A stretch of 60,915 bases of DNA from Acidimicrobiaceae bacterium (GCA_003139355.1 PLIM01000174.1:1-60915); one strand, 5' to 3'. Positions 24,949 through 36,149 are shown, counted from the stretch's first letter. The notes: generated by a model from the letters alone, not told the origin. A program made the numbers and translations.

Positions 24949-27795
24949 ATGGCCTCCGGACCAACCGGCAGGAGGCCTGGTGACGGGCCTGTCACTGCCG
25001 GGTCCTATCCTCCCGAGCTCGAATGTGACGTCCTGCTCTCGGACGGTCGCACGGCACGGCTGCGTGCCATTCGGCCAGACGACGGCCCGGCGCTTCGCGC
25101 GTTCGGGGAAAGGCTGTCGAGCGAGACGGTGTATTTTCGTTTCCTCGCGCCGCGTCGGTGGATCAGCGATGAAGAGATCACGCACTTCGTAACCGTCGAC
25201 TATCAAGACCGGCTGGCGCTCGTGGCCGTTGTCGACGGGGAGCTCGTGGCGGTGGCTCGCTACGACCGCTACCCCAAGCCAGCCGGGGACGCCCCCGCCG
25301 CCGCCGCAGCGGGCACGTCTCGCGGGTCCGACCAGGACGGAGTGGAGGAGGCCGAGGTCGCGTTCGTCGTTCGGGACGACCACCAGGGTCGGGGCCTGGG
25401 CACCGTGCTGCTCGAGCACCTCGCCTCGGCTGCGGTCACACGCGGGATCGGGCGGTTCGTCGCCGACACCCTTGCCGACAACCACAAGATGATCGGCGTG
25501 TTCCGTTCGGCGGGATTCGACGAGCACACTCTTCTCGAGTCAGGAGTCATCCGGGTGACGCTGGAGCTCACGGCTCGACCGGAGTACCTCGAGCGGGTCG
25601 AGCAGCGCGAATGGACCGCAGCAGTGCGATCGATCGAGCACATTCTCCGTCCCACGACGATCGCCGTCATCGAGGCGAGCCGCGAGCCGGGCTCGGCTGG
25701 CCACGACATCGTCTGCAATCTCCTCGCCGGGGAGTTCGCCGGTGTCGTCCACCCGGTCAATCGGCAGGCCCACTCCGTCGGTGGTCTCCGCTCGTACCGC
25801 AGCGTGACCGAAGTGCCTGGTCACATCGATCTGGCACTGATCGCCGTGCCGGCTCAGCTCGTGGCCGGAGTTGTGCGCGAGTGCGGGGCGAAGGGGGTCG
25901 GCGGCCTCGCCGTGGTGACATCGGGCGGTGCGGACCAGGGGGCCCCGGGCGCGAGCACCGATCGCGATCTCGTCGAGCTTGCTCGGAGCTTCGGCATGCG
26001 ACTCGTCGGGCCCGATTGCATGGGCGTCATCAACACCTCTCCCCAGGTCCGGATGAACGCCACATTCGCCGAGCACCCGCCGCCGCCCGGCCAGGTCGCG
26101 TTCTCCTCCCAGTCCGGTGGCCTCGGAATCGCCGTTCTCGGCGAGCTTGAAGGCCGCGGACTCGGCATCTCGAGCTTCGTGTCTCTCGGCAACAAGGCCG
26201 ACGTCAGCGGCAACGACATGCTGCGGTTCTGGGAGGACGACCCGGAGACCGACGTGATACTTCTCTATCTGGAGTCTTTCGGGAACCCACGAAAGTTCAG
26301 CCGGATCGCGCGGCGTGTCGCTCGCAAGAAACCCATCATCGCGGTCAAGAGCGCCCGCACGACATCCGGTCTGCGAGGCGCTCATGTACAAGGCGGTGTG
26401 GCCGTGCCCGACCAGGCCACCGATGCGCTCTTCCGCCAAGCCGGGGTGATCCGGGTCCAGACGCTGGAGGAGCTGCTCGATGTCGCCGACCTGTTGGCTA
26501 GTCAGCCCCTTCCCGTCGGCCGGCGGGTCGCGATCGTGGGCAACGCCGGGGGTTGTGGGGTTCTGACTGCCGACGCCTGCGAGAGCCAAGGCCTCGAGGT
26601 TCCCGAGCTCGCGCCCGAGACACAAGAGCGGTTGCTCAGCGTTGTCTCCCATGGCGCCGCCGTGGGGAACCCGATCGATCTGGTCGCCTCCGCGACTGCT
26701 GAGGAGTACCGGTTCGTGCTCGAGATCGTCCTGACCGAGGCCGACATAGACCTGGTGATCGTCACCTTCACGCCACCGGTCCTCGGCGGTGCTGAGGAGA
26801 TCGCCAAAGCCGTGGCCCGGGCAGCCTCCACGACGACCAAGCCCGTGCTCGCGAACTTCATCGCGACCGAGCAGACGCTCCTGGCCTTGCGCTCAGGGCC
26901 GAGTCATGTTCCTTGGTTTGCCTATCCGGAATCGGCAGCTCGTGCGGTCGCGCGGGTCGCTCCGTATGCCGAATGGGTGAGTCGGCCCGAGGGGACCGTT
27001 CCCCGCTTCGACGATCTTGACGTGGCCCGTGCGCGGCGAATCGTGGAGGCCGCTTTGGCGGCTCGGCCGATCGCTCCCGGCTCTGGCTCCGGGCCGGATG
27101 CCCTTCCGGCGCGCTCGGTGTGGCTCGACGAAATCGCGGTCTTCGAACTGCTCGAGGCTTACGGGATCCCGACTCTTCCATGTCGCCAGGCGTCGACCGC
27201 GGCCGAGTCTGTCGAGGCTGCTGGAGCGATCGGGTACCCGGTTGCTCTGAAGATCCACGCCCCGGGCCTCGTGCACAAGAGCGATGTCGGGGGCGTCCGG
27301 CTGAACCTCCGCTCGCCCGAGGACGTGGCGTCCGAAGCCGAGGCGTTGTTGACGGCTTTCGGTCCGGGCGTGTCGCTCCTCGTGCAGCCGATGGGGCCAG
27401 ACGGCGTCGAGACGGTCGTCGGCGTCATGGAGGACCCGTCTTTCGGCCCGCTCGTGATGTTCGGGCTCGGCGGCAAGGAGGCCGAGCTGTTGAGCGACCG
27501 AATGTGGTCGCTCGTGCCCATGACGACCGAAGACGTTCACGACCTGATGAGCGGGCTCCGGTCGTCGCCGATCCTGTTCGGCTACCGGGGCTCGGAACTG
27601 GTCGATCTCGAGGCTCTGGGAGAGGTGCTTTCAAGAGTCGCCTGCCTGGCTGAAGACCTGCCCGAGGTCGTCGACTTGAGCCTGAATCCAGTTGTGGCGA
27701 GCCCCGATGGCGCCATCGCGCTCGACGCACGGGTGCGCGTGACAACGGCGTTGCACGACCCGGCGCTGCTACGCCGCGCGATGCGGACTGCTTGA
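24949..27795 (+). CDS. Pat-type protein acetyltransferase: N-terminal GNAT fused to NDP-forming acyl-CoA synthetase (CoA-binding plus ATP-grasp)
   Basis: GNAT motif VVRDDHQGRGLGTVLLEHL. This is followed by CoA-binding and ligase domains (PTTIAVIEAS...VHPVN, GPDCMGVIN) and a C-terminal ATP-grasp (YGIPTLP...GYPVALK). The ORF opens at 24859, but ATG 24949 is preferred. Confidence 0.85.
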   Translation: MASGPTGRRPGDGPVTAGSYPPELECDVLLSDGRTARLRAIRPDDGPALRAFGERLSSETVYFRFLAPRRWISDEEITHFVTVDYQDRLALVAVVDGELVAVARYDRYPKPAGDAPAAAAAGTSRGSDQDGVEEAEVAFVVRDDHQGRGLGTVLLEHLASAAVTRGIGRFVADTLADNHKMIGVFRSAGFDEHTLLESGVIRVTLELTARPEYLERVEQREWTAAVRSIEHILRPTTIAVIEASREPGSAGHDIVCNLLAGEFAGVVHPVNRQAHSVGGLRSYRSVTEVPGHIDLALIAVPAQLVAGVVRECGAKGVGGLAVVTSGGADQGAPGASTDRDLVELARSFGMRLVGPDCMGVINTSPQVRMNATFAEHPPPPGQVAFSSQSGGLGIAVLGELEGRGLGISSFVSLGNKADVSGNDMLRFWEDDPETDVILLYLESFGNPRKFSRIARRVARKKPIIAVKSARTTSGLRGAHVQGGVAVPDQATDALFRQAGVIRVQTLEELLDVADLLASQPLPVGRRVAIVGNAGGCGVLTADACESQGLEVPELAPETQERLLSVVSHGAAVGNPIDLVASATAEEYRFVLEIVLTEADIDLVIVTFTPPVLGGAEEIAKAVARAASTTTKPVLANFIATEQTLLALRSGPSHVPWFAYPESAARAVARVAPYAEWVSRPEGTVPRFDDLDVARARRIVEAALAARPIAPGSGSGPDALPARSVWLDEIAVFELLEAYGIPTLPCRQASTAAESVEAAGAIGYPVALKIHAPGLVHKSDVGGVRLNLRSPEDVASEAEALLTAFGPGVSLLVQPMGPDGVETVVGVMEDPSFGPLVMFGLGGKEAELLSDRMWSLVPMTTEDVHDLMSGLRSSPILFGYRGSELVDLEALGEVLSRVACLAEDLPEVVDLSLNPVVASPDGAIALDARVRVTTALHDPALLRRAMRTA

Positions 27796-27823
27796 ACCAG
27801 CGGCCCGAACCCGCTCCGGCACC

Positions 27824-28795
27824 CTAGGCCTGGCCGGCCACCTCGTTGATTCGGCGCATCACTTCGTCATCAAGTCGCTCGAGCACGTCAAGCGAGCGCA
27901 AGTTCTCCTGCAGCTGCTCGACGCGACTCGCGCCCATGATGACCGTTGAGACGTTGGGGTTGGAGGCGCACCAGGCGATGGCCAGTTGTGCGAGCGGACA
28001 ACCGAGATCGTCCGCAATCGCCTTGAGAGCCCGCACCTTGTCGTTCCTGCGTTGGTCTTCGAAGGCGGGACGAAGCCATTCGTAGCCGGCTACGGTGCCG
28101 CGAGACCCCTCCGGAATCCCATCCAGGTACTTGCCCGTGAGCAGACCCCCGGCGAGGGGACTGAACGTGGTGAGGCCGATGCCGTAGTCCTCGATCACGC
28201 GGGCGTACTCGTGCTCGACGCGCTTTCGCTCGAGGAGGTTGTACTGCGGTTGCTCCACCACGGGCTTGTGCAGGTGGTGATGCTCGGCGATCTCGATCGC
28301 GGCGACGATCTCATCTGCCGCCCACTCCGAAGTACCCCAATAAAGCGCCTTGCCGGAGCTGACGATGTCTGACATCGCCCGCACGGTCTCCTCGATCGGT
28401 GTCTCGGGGTCTGCGCGGTGGCAGAAGATGAGATCGAGGAAGTCGAGACCGAGCCGTTCGAGCGAGGCGTCCACGGCGTGCATGAGGTACTTGCGGTTCA
28501 GGGTGTGGGTCATGTTCGGCGTCTCATGGAGTCCCCAGAAGAATTTGCTCGAGACCACGTACTCGTGGCGCTGCCAACCGAGGGTCCTGAAGGCCCGGCC
28601 CATGATCGCCTCCGACTCACCGCCCGCGTAGACCTCGGCGTTGTCGAAGAAGTTGACTCCCCCCTCACGCGCGGCGTCGAGGCAGCGAACAGCGAGGTCG
28701 TCACCTAGCTGGTAACCGAAGCTGATCCACGAGCCAAAGGACAGCAGACTCACTTTGAGGCCGGATCGGCCGAGGCGGCGGTAAGGCATTGACAT
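27824..28795 (-). CDS. Aldo/keto reductase (Kv-beta-subunit-like subfamily)
   Basis: [23 protein letters not shown] ... [14 protein letters not shown] ... [12 protein letters not shown]. Confidence 0.9.
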   Translation of the reverse strand: MSMPYRRLGRSGLKVSLLSFGSWISFGYQLGDDLAVRCLDAAREGGVNFFDNAEVYAGGESEAIMGRAFRTLGWQRHEYVVSSKFFWGLHETPNMTHTLNRKYLMHAVDASLERLGLDFLDLIFCHRADPETPIEETVRAMSDIVSSGKALYWGTSEWAADEIVAAIEIAEHHHLHKPVVEQPQYNLLERKRVEHEYARVIEDYGIGLTTFSPLAGGLLTGKYLDGIPEGSRGTVAGYEWLRPAFEDQRRNDKVRALKAIADDLGCPLAQLAIAWCASNPNVSTVIMGASRVEQLQENLRSLDVLERLDDEVMRRINEVAGQA

Positions 28796-28926
28796 ATCTG
28801 GTCATCTCCAGCTCATGGATCCAGATCCGGGAGCGGATCATGCAATCAAGAAGATATCCGTCGAAGACACCCGCTACAGGAAGAGCCCCAGCCAAGCCAG
28901 CGGTTTGGACCTGCCGCGGCATCGCC

Positions 28927-29769
28927 TTAGTGGCGCTTGGTCTTCTGCACCGTCGCGAGCAGGTCGGTCATCACCTCTGTGACGATTTTCCGCGTCCGGT
29001 GCACCGAGCAGCCTTGAAGGGTGCGCAAGGTGTCCCATGACGACCAGCTTGTAGCGAGATCGAGTGCGTCGAGTATGAGCAGCCGACGCCTGGCGTCAAG
29101 ACGCGACAGCTCAGGGGCGAAGACATCGGCGACTTGGGCTCGGGCGGCCGCATACGCACGCGCAAGTTGCTCGACCACGAGCGGATGTGTCTGGCTGAGA
29201 TAGATCGCGACCCTTCTCACCGGCGCAATCTCCTCGTAGAGCTTGGACCGCAGACGCACGAGCGCGGCGATCCGGTCGGCCAGATCAGGATCACTGGGCC
29301 GCGGTCGCACGTAGATCTCCTGGGTCGGCCAAATCCTCGAGGCAGCCGCCACGAACAGAGCATCCAGGTCGGCAAAGTGACGGAACACGGTCCGCTCCGA
29401 GACCCCGGCGCGCGCCGCAACCTCAGCGGCGCTTGGCAGGTAGACCACCTTGGGTGGGCACTCTCGTACGATGTCGAGGACGGCACCCACTACGGCTTCG
29501 TAGTTGCGAGCCGCGCGCAGCCGACGTCCGTCCGCTTCCGTGTTGCGCGCCACCCGGGCCGGCGGTCGCGCGTTTGTGGAGGTGACCCGCGGGGCCAGGC
29601 GCGGAGACGAGCGAGTGGAACTTGGGCGCGCATCAGAAGGCGAGCGGGGGGTGAGCACCTGCTTCGAGCGGGTCGCCGTGGCCCGAGCGCGGGTAGTTGA
29701 GGTGCCAGACAAACGGCCTGAGCGTGCTGCAGGGGTCGCTCGGGTCGGTCGGGTCACCATCGGTGACAT
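28927..29769 (-). CDS. TetR-family transcriptional regulator with ~75-aa Arg/Ser/Thr/Pro-rich N-terminal extension
   Basis: HTH SAAEVAARAGVSERTVFRHFADLDALF. There is no internal ATG before the HTH, so the low-complexity extension may or may not be translated. Confidence 0.75.
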   Translation of the reverse strand: MSPMVTRPTRATPAARSGRLSGTSTTRARATATRSKQVLTPRSPSDARPSSTRSSPRLAPRVTSTNARPPARVARNTEADGRRLRAARNYEAVVGAVLDIVRECPPKVVYLPSAAEVAARAGVSERTVFRHFADLDALFVAAASRIWPTQEIYVRPRPSDPDLADRIAALVRLRSKLYEEIAPVRRVAIYLSQTHPLVVEQLARAYAAARAQVADVFAPELSRLDARRRLLILDALDLATSWSSWDTLRTLQGCSVHRTRKIVTEVMTDLLATVQKTKRH

Positions 29770-29861
29770 CCAGGTGACAGATCGAACACGATGAGCATGC
29801 TACTCAACGCGACGCCGTCAGTATCGTCAGCACCCTTGCCAGCTACCGGTGTCAGAGACTC

Positions 29862-30908
29862 TCATCCGTCTGCGAAGAGTGTGCCATCGGCGGAGTCTTC
29901 GATGCGGATGCTGGGAAGTGGCGCTGTCGCCGGACCTTGGATGACCTCCCCGGAGACGGCCGAGAAGATCGACCCGTGGCATGGGCAGCGAAACTGGAGC
30001 GCCGGCTGGAAGAAGCTCACGATACAGCCCATATGAGTGCACACGGCGCTGAAACCGACATAAGAGCTCTCGGAGGGCCGCACGACGTAAGCAGGGATCC
30101 CCTGGGCCGGGTCCGTGAATTGTCGGGCGGTGCCGAGCGGCACGGCGCTGACAAGTCCGATGGCCGTGCCCTTCGAGGCACCGGCGCCTCCCGATCCTGT
30201 GGCCGGTGGTGTGAGTTTGGGAGCTCCAGAGCTCTGGCCCGAGGTGGCGCCGGACATTCTCCCGATTACTGCCGAGATTGCGGCAGTGACGGCGGCGAAG
30301 CTCGCAAGCGTGAGAGCGGAGGCCACCTTGCGAATCGCTGCCCGGCGGTCCAGGTCCGGTGCTTGCTGGCCCGGCGCCGCCCCAGCCGCGGCCAGCTCCC
30401 TGGCGTGACGTGTCGCGAGGACGGCGTCGACAGACCAAGCTCCGCATCCTGCGACCACGAGTGGGGTCCAGGCAAAGAAGAAGACGATGTCCGGACCGTA
30501 GAAGTACGGGGTGGTGTTGAAACTGACGGACAGGAACAGCACGAATGACAGTGCCATGCCACCCGCGGCAGCAACCCTTCCGAACAGCCCGAACAGGGTG
30601 CCGAGACCGACTGCCACTTCGCCGAAGGCGATCAGCAAGCCGACCAGCACCGGATCGTGCGCCGACAGCCGGAGAAGCGCTCCGACCGGGCTCGTCGTGA
30701 TCGATGCGTGCAGCTGTGCCTCGATGGAACCCGGGTTAGCAGCGTCGAAGAAGTAGCGGTTCGTCAGTTTCTGCAGGCCAGCGTACGTGAAGGTCACGCC
30801 GAGGAACGCCCTGAGAAGGACCTGCGGACCTCCGGGCGCGTCCCGCAGCCGTGCCAACAAACTCGTCACCGGCGCGTCTCGCGGCCCGGGGCTCGAAGGT
30901 TTCGTCAC
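29862..30908 (-). CDS. Membrane protein fusing a DoxX-like 4-TM domain to a C-terminal Rieske [2Fe-2S] domain
   Basis: The N-terminus LLRAFLGVTFTYAGLQKL is DoxX/DoxD-like. The central segment RRAAIRKVASALTLASFAAVTAA is followed by a Gly/Ser linker. The Rieske boxes are CTHMGC and CPCHGS. Confidence 0.75.
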   Translation of the reverse strand: MTKPSSPGPRDAPVTSLLARLRDAPGGPQVLLRAFLGVTFTYAGLQKLTNRYFFDAANPGSIEAQLHASITTSPVGALLRLSAHDPVLVGLLIAFGEVAVGLGTLFGLFGRVAAAGGMALSFVLFLSVSFNTTPYFYGPDIVFFFAWTPLVVAGCGAWSVDAVLATRHARELAAAGAAPGQQAPDLDRRAAIRKVASALTLASFAAVTAAISAVIGRMSGATSGQSSGAPKLTPPATGSGGAGASKGTAIGLVSAVPLGTARQFTDPAQGIPAYVVRPSESSYVGFSAVCTHMGCIVSFFQPALQFRCPCHGSIFSAVSGEVIQGPATAPLPSIRIEDSADGTLFADG

Positions 30909-30934
30909 TGGTGCAAGGTTAGAGTCGCCGCACC

Positions 30935-32626
30935 TCAGAGAACGATCGCCTCAACGGACTCGATCGAACCGGAGGAAGAGGCATGGCCTGCCCCGGCGGG
31001 CCTGGCATCGGTGTGCACGGTCTTGCGAAGGCGGATCTCCGGCAGGGCGAGTGACAATAGGAAGGCGACCGCGACCACTGGAGTCGCGATGAGGAAGACC
31101 GTGTCGATCGTATGCACGTAAGCGACGGTCGCCGCTGTGTGAATCGTCGCGGGGAGCAGCTTCAACTGGGCGGGGCTGCCCACGATCTGGCGGGCGATCT
31201 CAGGAACATGCGAGCGCGCCGCAGCAGGTAGGGCCTTGGTCAGGTTGCCGATGAGCCGGTCGTTCAGGACGGCACCCAGCAACGCGGTTCCGAACGCGCC
31301 TCCCATCGACCGGAAGAAGGCCGCGAGGGAAGTCGCTGTCCCGAGGTCCTTGTAATCGACGCCGTTTTGGACAGCGAGGATCAGCACCTGCATGACCAGA
31401 CCCAGGCCGAACCCGGTGAGAACCATGAAAGCCGAGGTCACCATGAAAGAGGTGTGAACCGTCAGGGTTGAGAACAGCCACATGCCGACGGTCATGAGGG
31501 CGGTGCCGATGATGGGGAAGATCTTGTAGCGTCCGATTCGCGCGATGATCTGGCCGCTTGTGATCGAGGCCGTGAACAGGCCGACCATGATCGGTAACAG
31601 CATGAGGCCGGATGTGGTTGGGGAGACCCCTCGCACGACCTGGAGGTACACGGGCAGGTAGATGATCGCGCCGAACATGGCGACGCCCACGATGAAACCT
31701 GCAGCGTTCGCCACGGAGAAGACCCGCTTGCGGAACAGCCGGAGCGGGACGATCGGCTCAGGCGCATAGTGCTCACGAACCAGGAACGCAACGACGAACC
31801 CGACGCCGACCGCGGCCATCCCGATGATCTGTGCAGACAGCCACGGGTAGCCCTGTGGGGAGCCTCCGAGGGTTGTGACCAACAGCAGCGCGGAGAAGCC
31901 GACGAGCAGGAGCACCGAGCCGAGGTAGTCGATCCTGTGCCGGGTGCGCACCGCCCGGTCGCGCAGCACGATGCTTGTGACCACGAGGGCGATGGCGCCG
32001 ATGGGAAGGTTCACGTAGAAGATCCATCGCCAAGAGGCATGGTCCACCAGAAAGCCGCCTACCAGTGGCCCGGCGACGCTCGCAATTCCGAACACGGCGC
32101 CGAAATATCCCTGGTAGCGGCCACGTTCGGCAGGCGACACCATGTCGCCCACGATTGCCATGGCGAGCACGATCAGCCCGCCCGCCCCAACCCCCTGCAG
32201 TGCACGGAACGCGATCAGCTCGTCCATGTTCCGGCTGAGGCCGGCCAGGACAGACCCGGCGAGGAAGACGACGATGGCGAATTGGAAGATGCGTTTGCGG
32301 CCGTAGAGATCGGAGATCTTTCCGTACAGGGGGGCGCTTACCGTCGATGTGAGGAGATAGGCCGTGACGACCCAGGTCAGGCGACTGAGGGAGTGGAAGT
32401 CGCCAACGATGGTCGGTAGTGCCGTGCTGACGATGGACTGGTCGAGGGCGGCGAGCAGCATCCCGAGCATCAGACCGGAGAACACCACGAGGATTTGACG
32501 GTGACTCATGCCGCCGCTTGCGAGATCGTGGTTCACCGCCGAGCTGGCGGTGCCGGCCGACTGGCCGGCGGCCCCTTGATGGCTATTGCGTTGGTCGGCG
32601 CCGAGGATTTCCTCGGTTGTCGTCAT
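30935..32626 (-). CDS. MFS transporter, DHA2 (EmrB/QacA-like)
   Basis: [52 protein letters not shown]. About 14 TMS, 563 aa. Confidence 0.9.
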   Translation of the reverse strand: MTTTEEILGADQRNSHQGAAGQSAGTASSAVNHDLASGGMSHRQILVVFSGLMLGMLLAALDQSIVSTALPTIVGDFHSLSRLTWVVTAYLLTSTVSAPLYGKISDLYGRKRIFQFAIVVFLAGSVLAGLSRNMDELIAFRALQGVGAGGLIVLAMAIVGDMVSPAERGRYQGYFGAVFGIASVAGPLVGGFLVDHASWRWIFYVNLPIGAIALVVTSIVLRDRAVRTRHRIDYLGSVLLLVGFSALLLVTTLGGSPQGYPWLSAQIIGMAAVGVGFVVAFLVREHYAPEPIVPLRLFRKRVFSVANAAGFIVGVAMFGAIIYLPVYLQVVRGVSPTTSGLMLLPIMVGLFTASITSGQIIARIGRYKIFPIIGTALMTVGMWLFSTLTVHTSFMVTSAFMVLTGFGLGLVMQVLILAVQNGVDYKDLGTATSLAAFFRSMGGAFGTALLGAVLNDRLIGNLTKALPAAARSHVPEIARQIVGSPAQLKLLPATIHTAATVAYVHTIDTVFLIATPVVAVAFLLSLALPEIRLRKTVHTDARPAGAGHASSSGSIESVEAIVL

Positions 32627-33186
32627 CGTGTCTGTTCCTCACAGGCGTTGTCCTGCGCAGCGCTGTCACAGCTGGCGAGTGCCTCACTTGCGATGGCAGC
32701 AGCCTCGAGCGCCTCCATGGTCGTGACGAGCTGCGCGAGCTGGTCGTCGGAGAGCGCCATGAGAAGACTCGCAGCTCTTTGGCAGGCCGTCTTGTGCAGT
32801 TTGGTCACGAGCGCCTCGCCCGTGTCGCTCAGCGCCAGACGGACGACGCGCCGGTCCGTTGGGTCGTCACGGCGAACCACAAGCTCCTGGCGGACGAGGC
32901 GATCGACGACCGCGGTAGCGGCGCTCTCTCCCACGTCGAGCTCCTTCGCGAGCTCGCGCATTGTCACCGATTGACCGCGCAGGTACGTCAACACGCTGAG
33001 CTGATGGCCGGTTACAGCGTGCGGCTCGTCGTGTAGCTCTCGCTGCAAGAGAGCACTGAACCGCCGTTGCATCTGCGGCTGGAGTTCGCAGCAGCGGTCG
33101 ACCAGAACCTCGCGAGGCGAGAGTCCTGGTGCACAACTGGTCTCTTCACTCACCTGGCGTGGCGTTGTTTGCGCGATCGTCATCAT
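32623..33186 (-). CDS. MarR-family transcriptional regulator
   Basis: Winged-helix core [61 protein letters not shown]. There is a 4-bp ATGA overlap with the downstream MFS gene. Confidence 0.9.
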   Translation of the reverse strand: MMTIAQTTPRQVSEETSCAPGLSPREVLVDRCCELQPQMQRRFSALLQRELHDEPHAVTGHQLSVLTYLRGQSVTMRELAKELDVGESAATAVVDRLVRQELVVRRDDPTDRRVVRLALSDTGEALVTKLHKTACQRAASLLMALSDDQLAQLVTTMEALEAAAIASEALASCDSAAQDNACEEQTR

Positions 33187-33244
33187 GAAAGGAGGCCTCC
33201 GGCCGAGTACCGTAACGACATGAGGAGTAGAACAGTTTCACTGA

Positions 33245-33256
33245 TGGAATATTCCA
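33245..33256. promoter_or_regulatory. Perfect 12-bp palindrome TGGAATATTCCA, candidate MarR operator
   Basis: AT-rich palindrome (18/20 when extended to ctgaTGGAATATTCCAgcag), 59-70 nt upstream of the marR start in an otherwise GC-rich region. Confidence 0.4.
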
Positions 33257-33363
33257 GCAGATGAAATTGTCAGCTGGCCGTCGCCGGAGCCTGAACGTCA
33301 GCGCAGTCCAGTTCGGGCGGTCATTCCCAGGTCGTGGGGGGCGGTCAGGGCGGTCAGGGCGTG

Positions 33364-34569
33364 TCAGGGCATTCCGGCGCCATAAGCACCAGGTGGCACC
33401 GGCGTGTCCATCACGTTGGTGCCGGTCTCCTCTGCTTGCACGACCATGCCGCCGCCGATGTACATGACCACGTGGTAGAGAAGGTACGCGTTGCCGTAGA
33501 AGATGAGGTCACCGGGCTGAAGGTCGGACATCGAGACGTGTTGGACCTCGTAGTACTGATCCGTCGCCCCGTGGGCCAGTGAGACACCGGCCTGGGCCCA
33601 CGCCCACATGGTCAGTCCTGAGCAGTCGAAGCCCATCCCCGGTGTGGCACCTCCCCAGACATAGGGGACCCCGCGCTGGCTCTGAGCGGCACTCACGGCG
33701 ATCTGACCCGCACTGTCTCCCGACTCCGGCGGTGGCGAAAGCGTGGGGGCCTGCGTCGGTGGCGTAGGCGGAGGCGCTTGCTGTTGGGCGGCCTCGGCTG
33801 CAGCCGCTGCTGCTGCTGCTGCTGTTGCTGCCTTAGCCAGTGCGGCGGCATAGGCAGCTTCCTTAGCCTGTTGAGCTGCTGCCACAGCCACTGCGAGCTG
33901 GCCCTTTACGTGGGCTTCCTCGTTGGTCAACTGGGCGTGGAGGGCCTCGGCCTGCGCGACGTCGGTGGAAATCGCCGTCTCGTTGGCCTTCGCAATTTGC
34001 TCGGTGTGGTTGAGTGTGGCCCTCTCTATCGCCAGCGTCCGCTGGTTGATCAGCACTGTCGTCTCGGACTCGTTCAGGTTGCCGGACGCGGCTTGGATGT
34101 AGGCCTGCTGCATGCCGGCGGTCTGCTGGGTGCCATTGAAGAGCACTGACAAGCTCTGTGACGCGCCCCCGGTTACGTAGGCCTCGATCGCAATCTCGCG
34201 AAGGTGCGACCGACTCTGCTCGAGTGCCTCTTGGGTTCGGCCGATTGCTCTGGTCGCGTCAGCGACGCGTTGCGCGAGCGACGCGACGCGACCCTTGGCC
34301 AGGAGGTAGCTCTCGTCGAGGATGGTGAGCTTGACGTTGGCAGCCTGGACTTCTGAGGCGATGTACTGAGCACGCTGTTGCAGAGTGGCCACTTGGTCAG
34401 CACCGGCAGGCGAGCCTGCAAGAGCGAGCGGCGTGGCGACGCCTGCAAGCAACATGGCGGAGACAACCAGCGAAACCGCCGCACGCGGACGACGCCTCTT
34501 GGGCGCATCCGACGCGACGACCAAGCTTTGCCTAGCCTCAGCGATGAGGCTCCCAGCAACAGGTCTCAC
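33364..34569 (-). CDS. NlpC/P60 (C40) peptidoglycan endopeptidase with N-terminal coiled-coil (RipA-like architecture)
   Basis: [29 protein letters not shown] ... GDLIFYG ... HVVMYIGGG. It has a long Ala/Gln/Glu-rich coiled-coil, a poly-Ala/Pro linker, and a GTG start. Confidence 0.9.
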   Translation of the reverse strand: MRPVAGSLIAEARQSLVVASDAPKRRRPRAAVSLVVSAMLLAGVATPLALAGSPAGADQVATLQQRAQYIASEVQAANVKLTILDESYLLAKGRVASLAQRVADATRAIGRTQEALEQSRSHLREIAIEAYVTGGASQSLSVLFNGTQQTAGMQQAYIQAASGNLNESETTVLINQRTLAIERATLNHTEQIAKANETAISTDVAQAEALHAQLTNEEAHVKGQLAVAVAAAQQAKEAAYAAALAKAATAAAAAAAAAEAAQQQAPPPTPPTQAPTLSPPPESGDSAGQIAVSAAQSQRGVPYVWGGATPGMGFDCSGLTMWAWAQAGVSLAHGATDQYYEVQHVSMSDLQPGDLIFYGNAYLLYHVVMYIGGGMVVQAEETGTNVMDTPVPPGAYGAGMP

Positions 34570-34727
34570 AGTGCCCGCAACCTAACCCTCAGGACGAAGG
34601 CTTTGCAAGCACGTCGGGTCCCAGCTGCGGTGCAGGCCTTCTTGAGCAGGCTTGCGACGTTACAGCGTCGTTACGACAGCTCGACCCGTATTGTCACAAT
34701 GGACGTCCTGACAGCTACGTTGACGCC

Positions 34728-36149
34728 ATGACTGTCATAGGAGCCTCAGAGGGTGCCGACGGTGCTGGCATTGGGTATCGCATCGAGCACGATTCGATGG
34801 GTGAGATCCGGGTACCGGAGAGCGCGCGATGGGGAGCACAGACCCAGCGCGCCGTTGAGAACTTCCCGATCTCGGGCCAGCCTGTAGAGCCGGCGCTTCT
34901 CGTCGCTCTGGCGATGATCAAGGGCGCCGCCGCGACGGTGAACGCCGAGATGGGAACGATCGGTAGCGATGTGGCGACCGCGATTGCCGAAGCGGCTGAT
35001 GAGGTGGCAGCCGGACGCCATTTTGACCAGTTTCCGGTCGACGTATTCCAGACGGGGTCGGGAACCTCTACGAACATGAACATGAACGAAGTGCTGGCGA
35101 ATCTTGCCGGCGAACGGCTGGGGCGAGAGGTCCGGCCCAACGATGAGCCCAACGCGTCGCAGTCATCGAATGACGTCTTCCCCTCCGCGATCCATTTGGC
35201 GGCCGCTCGCGGGATCGTCGACGAGCTGGTTCCCGCACTGCGGCATCTGGCCTCGAGGCTGCGCGTGAAACAGCAGGAGTTCGCCAACATCGTGAAGTCC
35301 GGTCGCACTCACCTCATGGATGCAACGCCCGTGACGCTCGGGCAGGAATTCGGCGGATATGCAGCGGCCGTCGAGCACGGCGTGGAGCGCCTCGAATCTG
35401 TCTTGCCACGGGTGGCGGAGTTGCCGCTCGGCGGGACGGCTGTCGGGACCGGGCTGAACGCGAAGGCGGGCTTTGCGGCAAAGGTGATCGAACGGCTCGC
35501 ATCGGCGACTGGACTGCCCCTCATCGAAGCCCGTGACCATTTTGAGGCCCAGGGCGCCAGGGATGCCCTGGTCGAGGCCTCTGGAGCGTTCCGGACGGTC
35601 GCAGTATCGCTCTACAAACTCTCGAACGACCTTCGATGGATGTCCTCGGGTCCGCGATGTGGCCTTGCCGAAGTCCACCTTCCGGATCTCCAGCCCGGCT
35701 CGTCGATCATGCCTGGGAAGGTGAACCCGGTTGTCCCTGAAGCTGTTTGCCAGGTAGTCGCACAGGTTGTCGGCAACGACGCCGCGGTTGCATTCGGGGG
35801 CGCCGCCGGCAATTTCGAGCTCAACGTGATGCTGCCTGTGATTGGCAGCAATCTCCTCGAGTCCATCCGCCTCCTCTCGGCGGTCAGCCGTGCCCTGGCG
35901 GACAAGTGCGTTGCTGGCATCGTCGCGGACGAACAGCGGTGCCGGGCCTACGCCCTGTCCACCCCGGCGATCGCCACGGCGCTCAACCCCTATATCGGCT
36001 ACGAGCAAGCTGCCAAGGTGGTGAAGACGGCGCTCGCTGGAGGAAGGGACCTGCGTACCGTCGTGCTGGAGATGGGGCTGCTCACCGAGGAGGAGGTCGA
36101 CCGGGCTCTGGACGTGCTTGCCATGACCAAGGGCGGGATCGTCGGCTGA
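34728..36149 (+). CDS. fumC: Class II fumarate hydratase
   Basis: Signature [11 protein letters not shown], and [14 protein letters not shown] at the N-terminus. 473 aa. Confidence 0.95.
   Translation: MTVIGASEGADGAGIGYRIEHDSMGEIRVPESARWGAQTQRAVENFPISGQPVEPALLVALAMIKGAAATVNAEMGTIGSDVATAIAEAADEVAAGRHFDQFPVDVFQTGSGTSTNMNMNEVLANLAGERLGREVRPNDEPNASQSSNDVFPSAIHLAAARGIVDELVPALRHLASRLRVKQQEFANIVKSGRTHLMDATPVTLGQEFGGYAAAVEHGVERLESVLPRVAELPLGGTAVGTGLNAKAGFAAKVIERLASATGLPLIEARDHFEAQGARDALVEASGAFRTVAVSLYKLSNDLRWMSSGPRCGLAEVHLPDLQPGSSIMPGKVNPVVPEAVCQVVAQVVGNDAAVAFGGAAGNFELNVMLPVIGSNLLESIRLLSAVSRALADKCVAGIVADEQRCRAYALSTPAIATALNPYIGYEQAAKVVKTALAGGRDLRTVVLEMGLLTEEEVDRALDVLAMTKGGIVG

Noticed and set aside
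28796-28926. TGAC-N7-GTCA element at the aldo/keto reductase start as a TetR operator.
   Set aside because: It has only 4-bp arms, overlaps the RBS and start codon, and has no second copy. That is too weak to report as a feature.
34570-34727. Calling the NlpC/P60 leader a ydaO/cyclic-di-AMP riboswitch.
   Set aside because: The hallmark conserved cores were not found by eye, only a weak partial resemblance. I kept it as an unclassified structured leader pending cmsearch.
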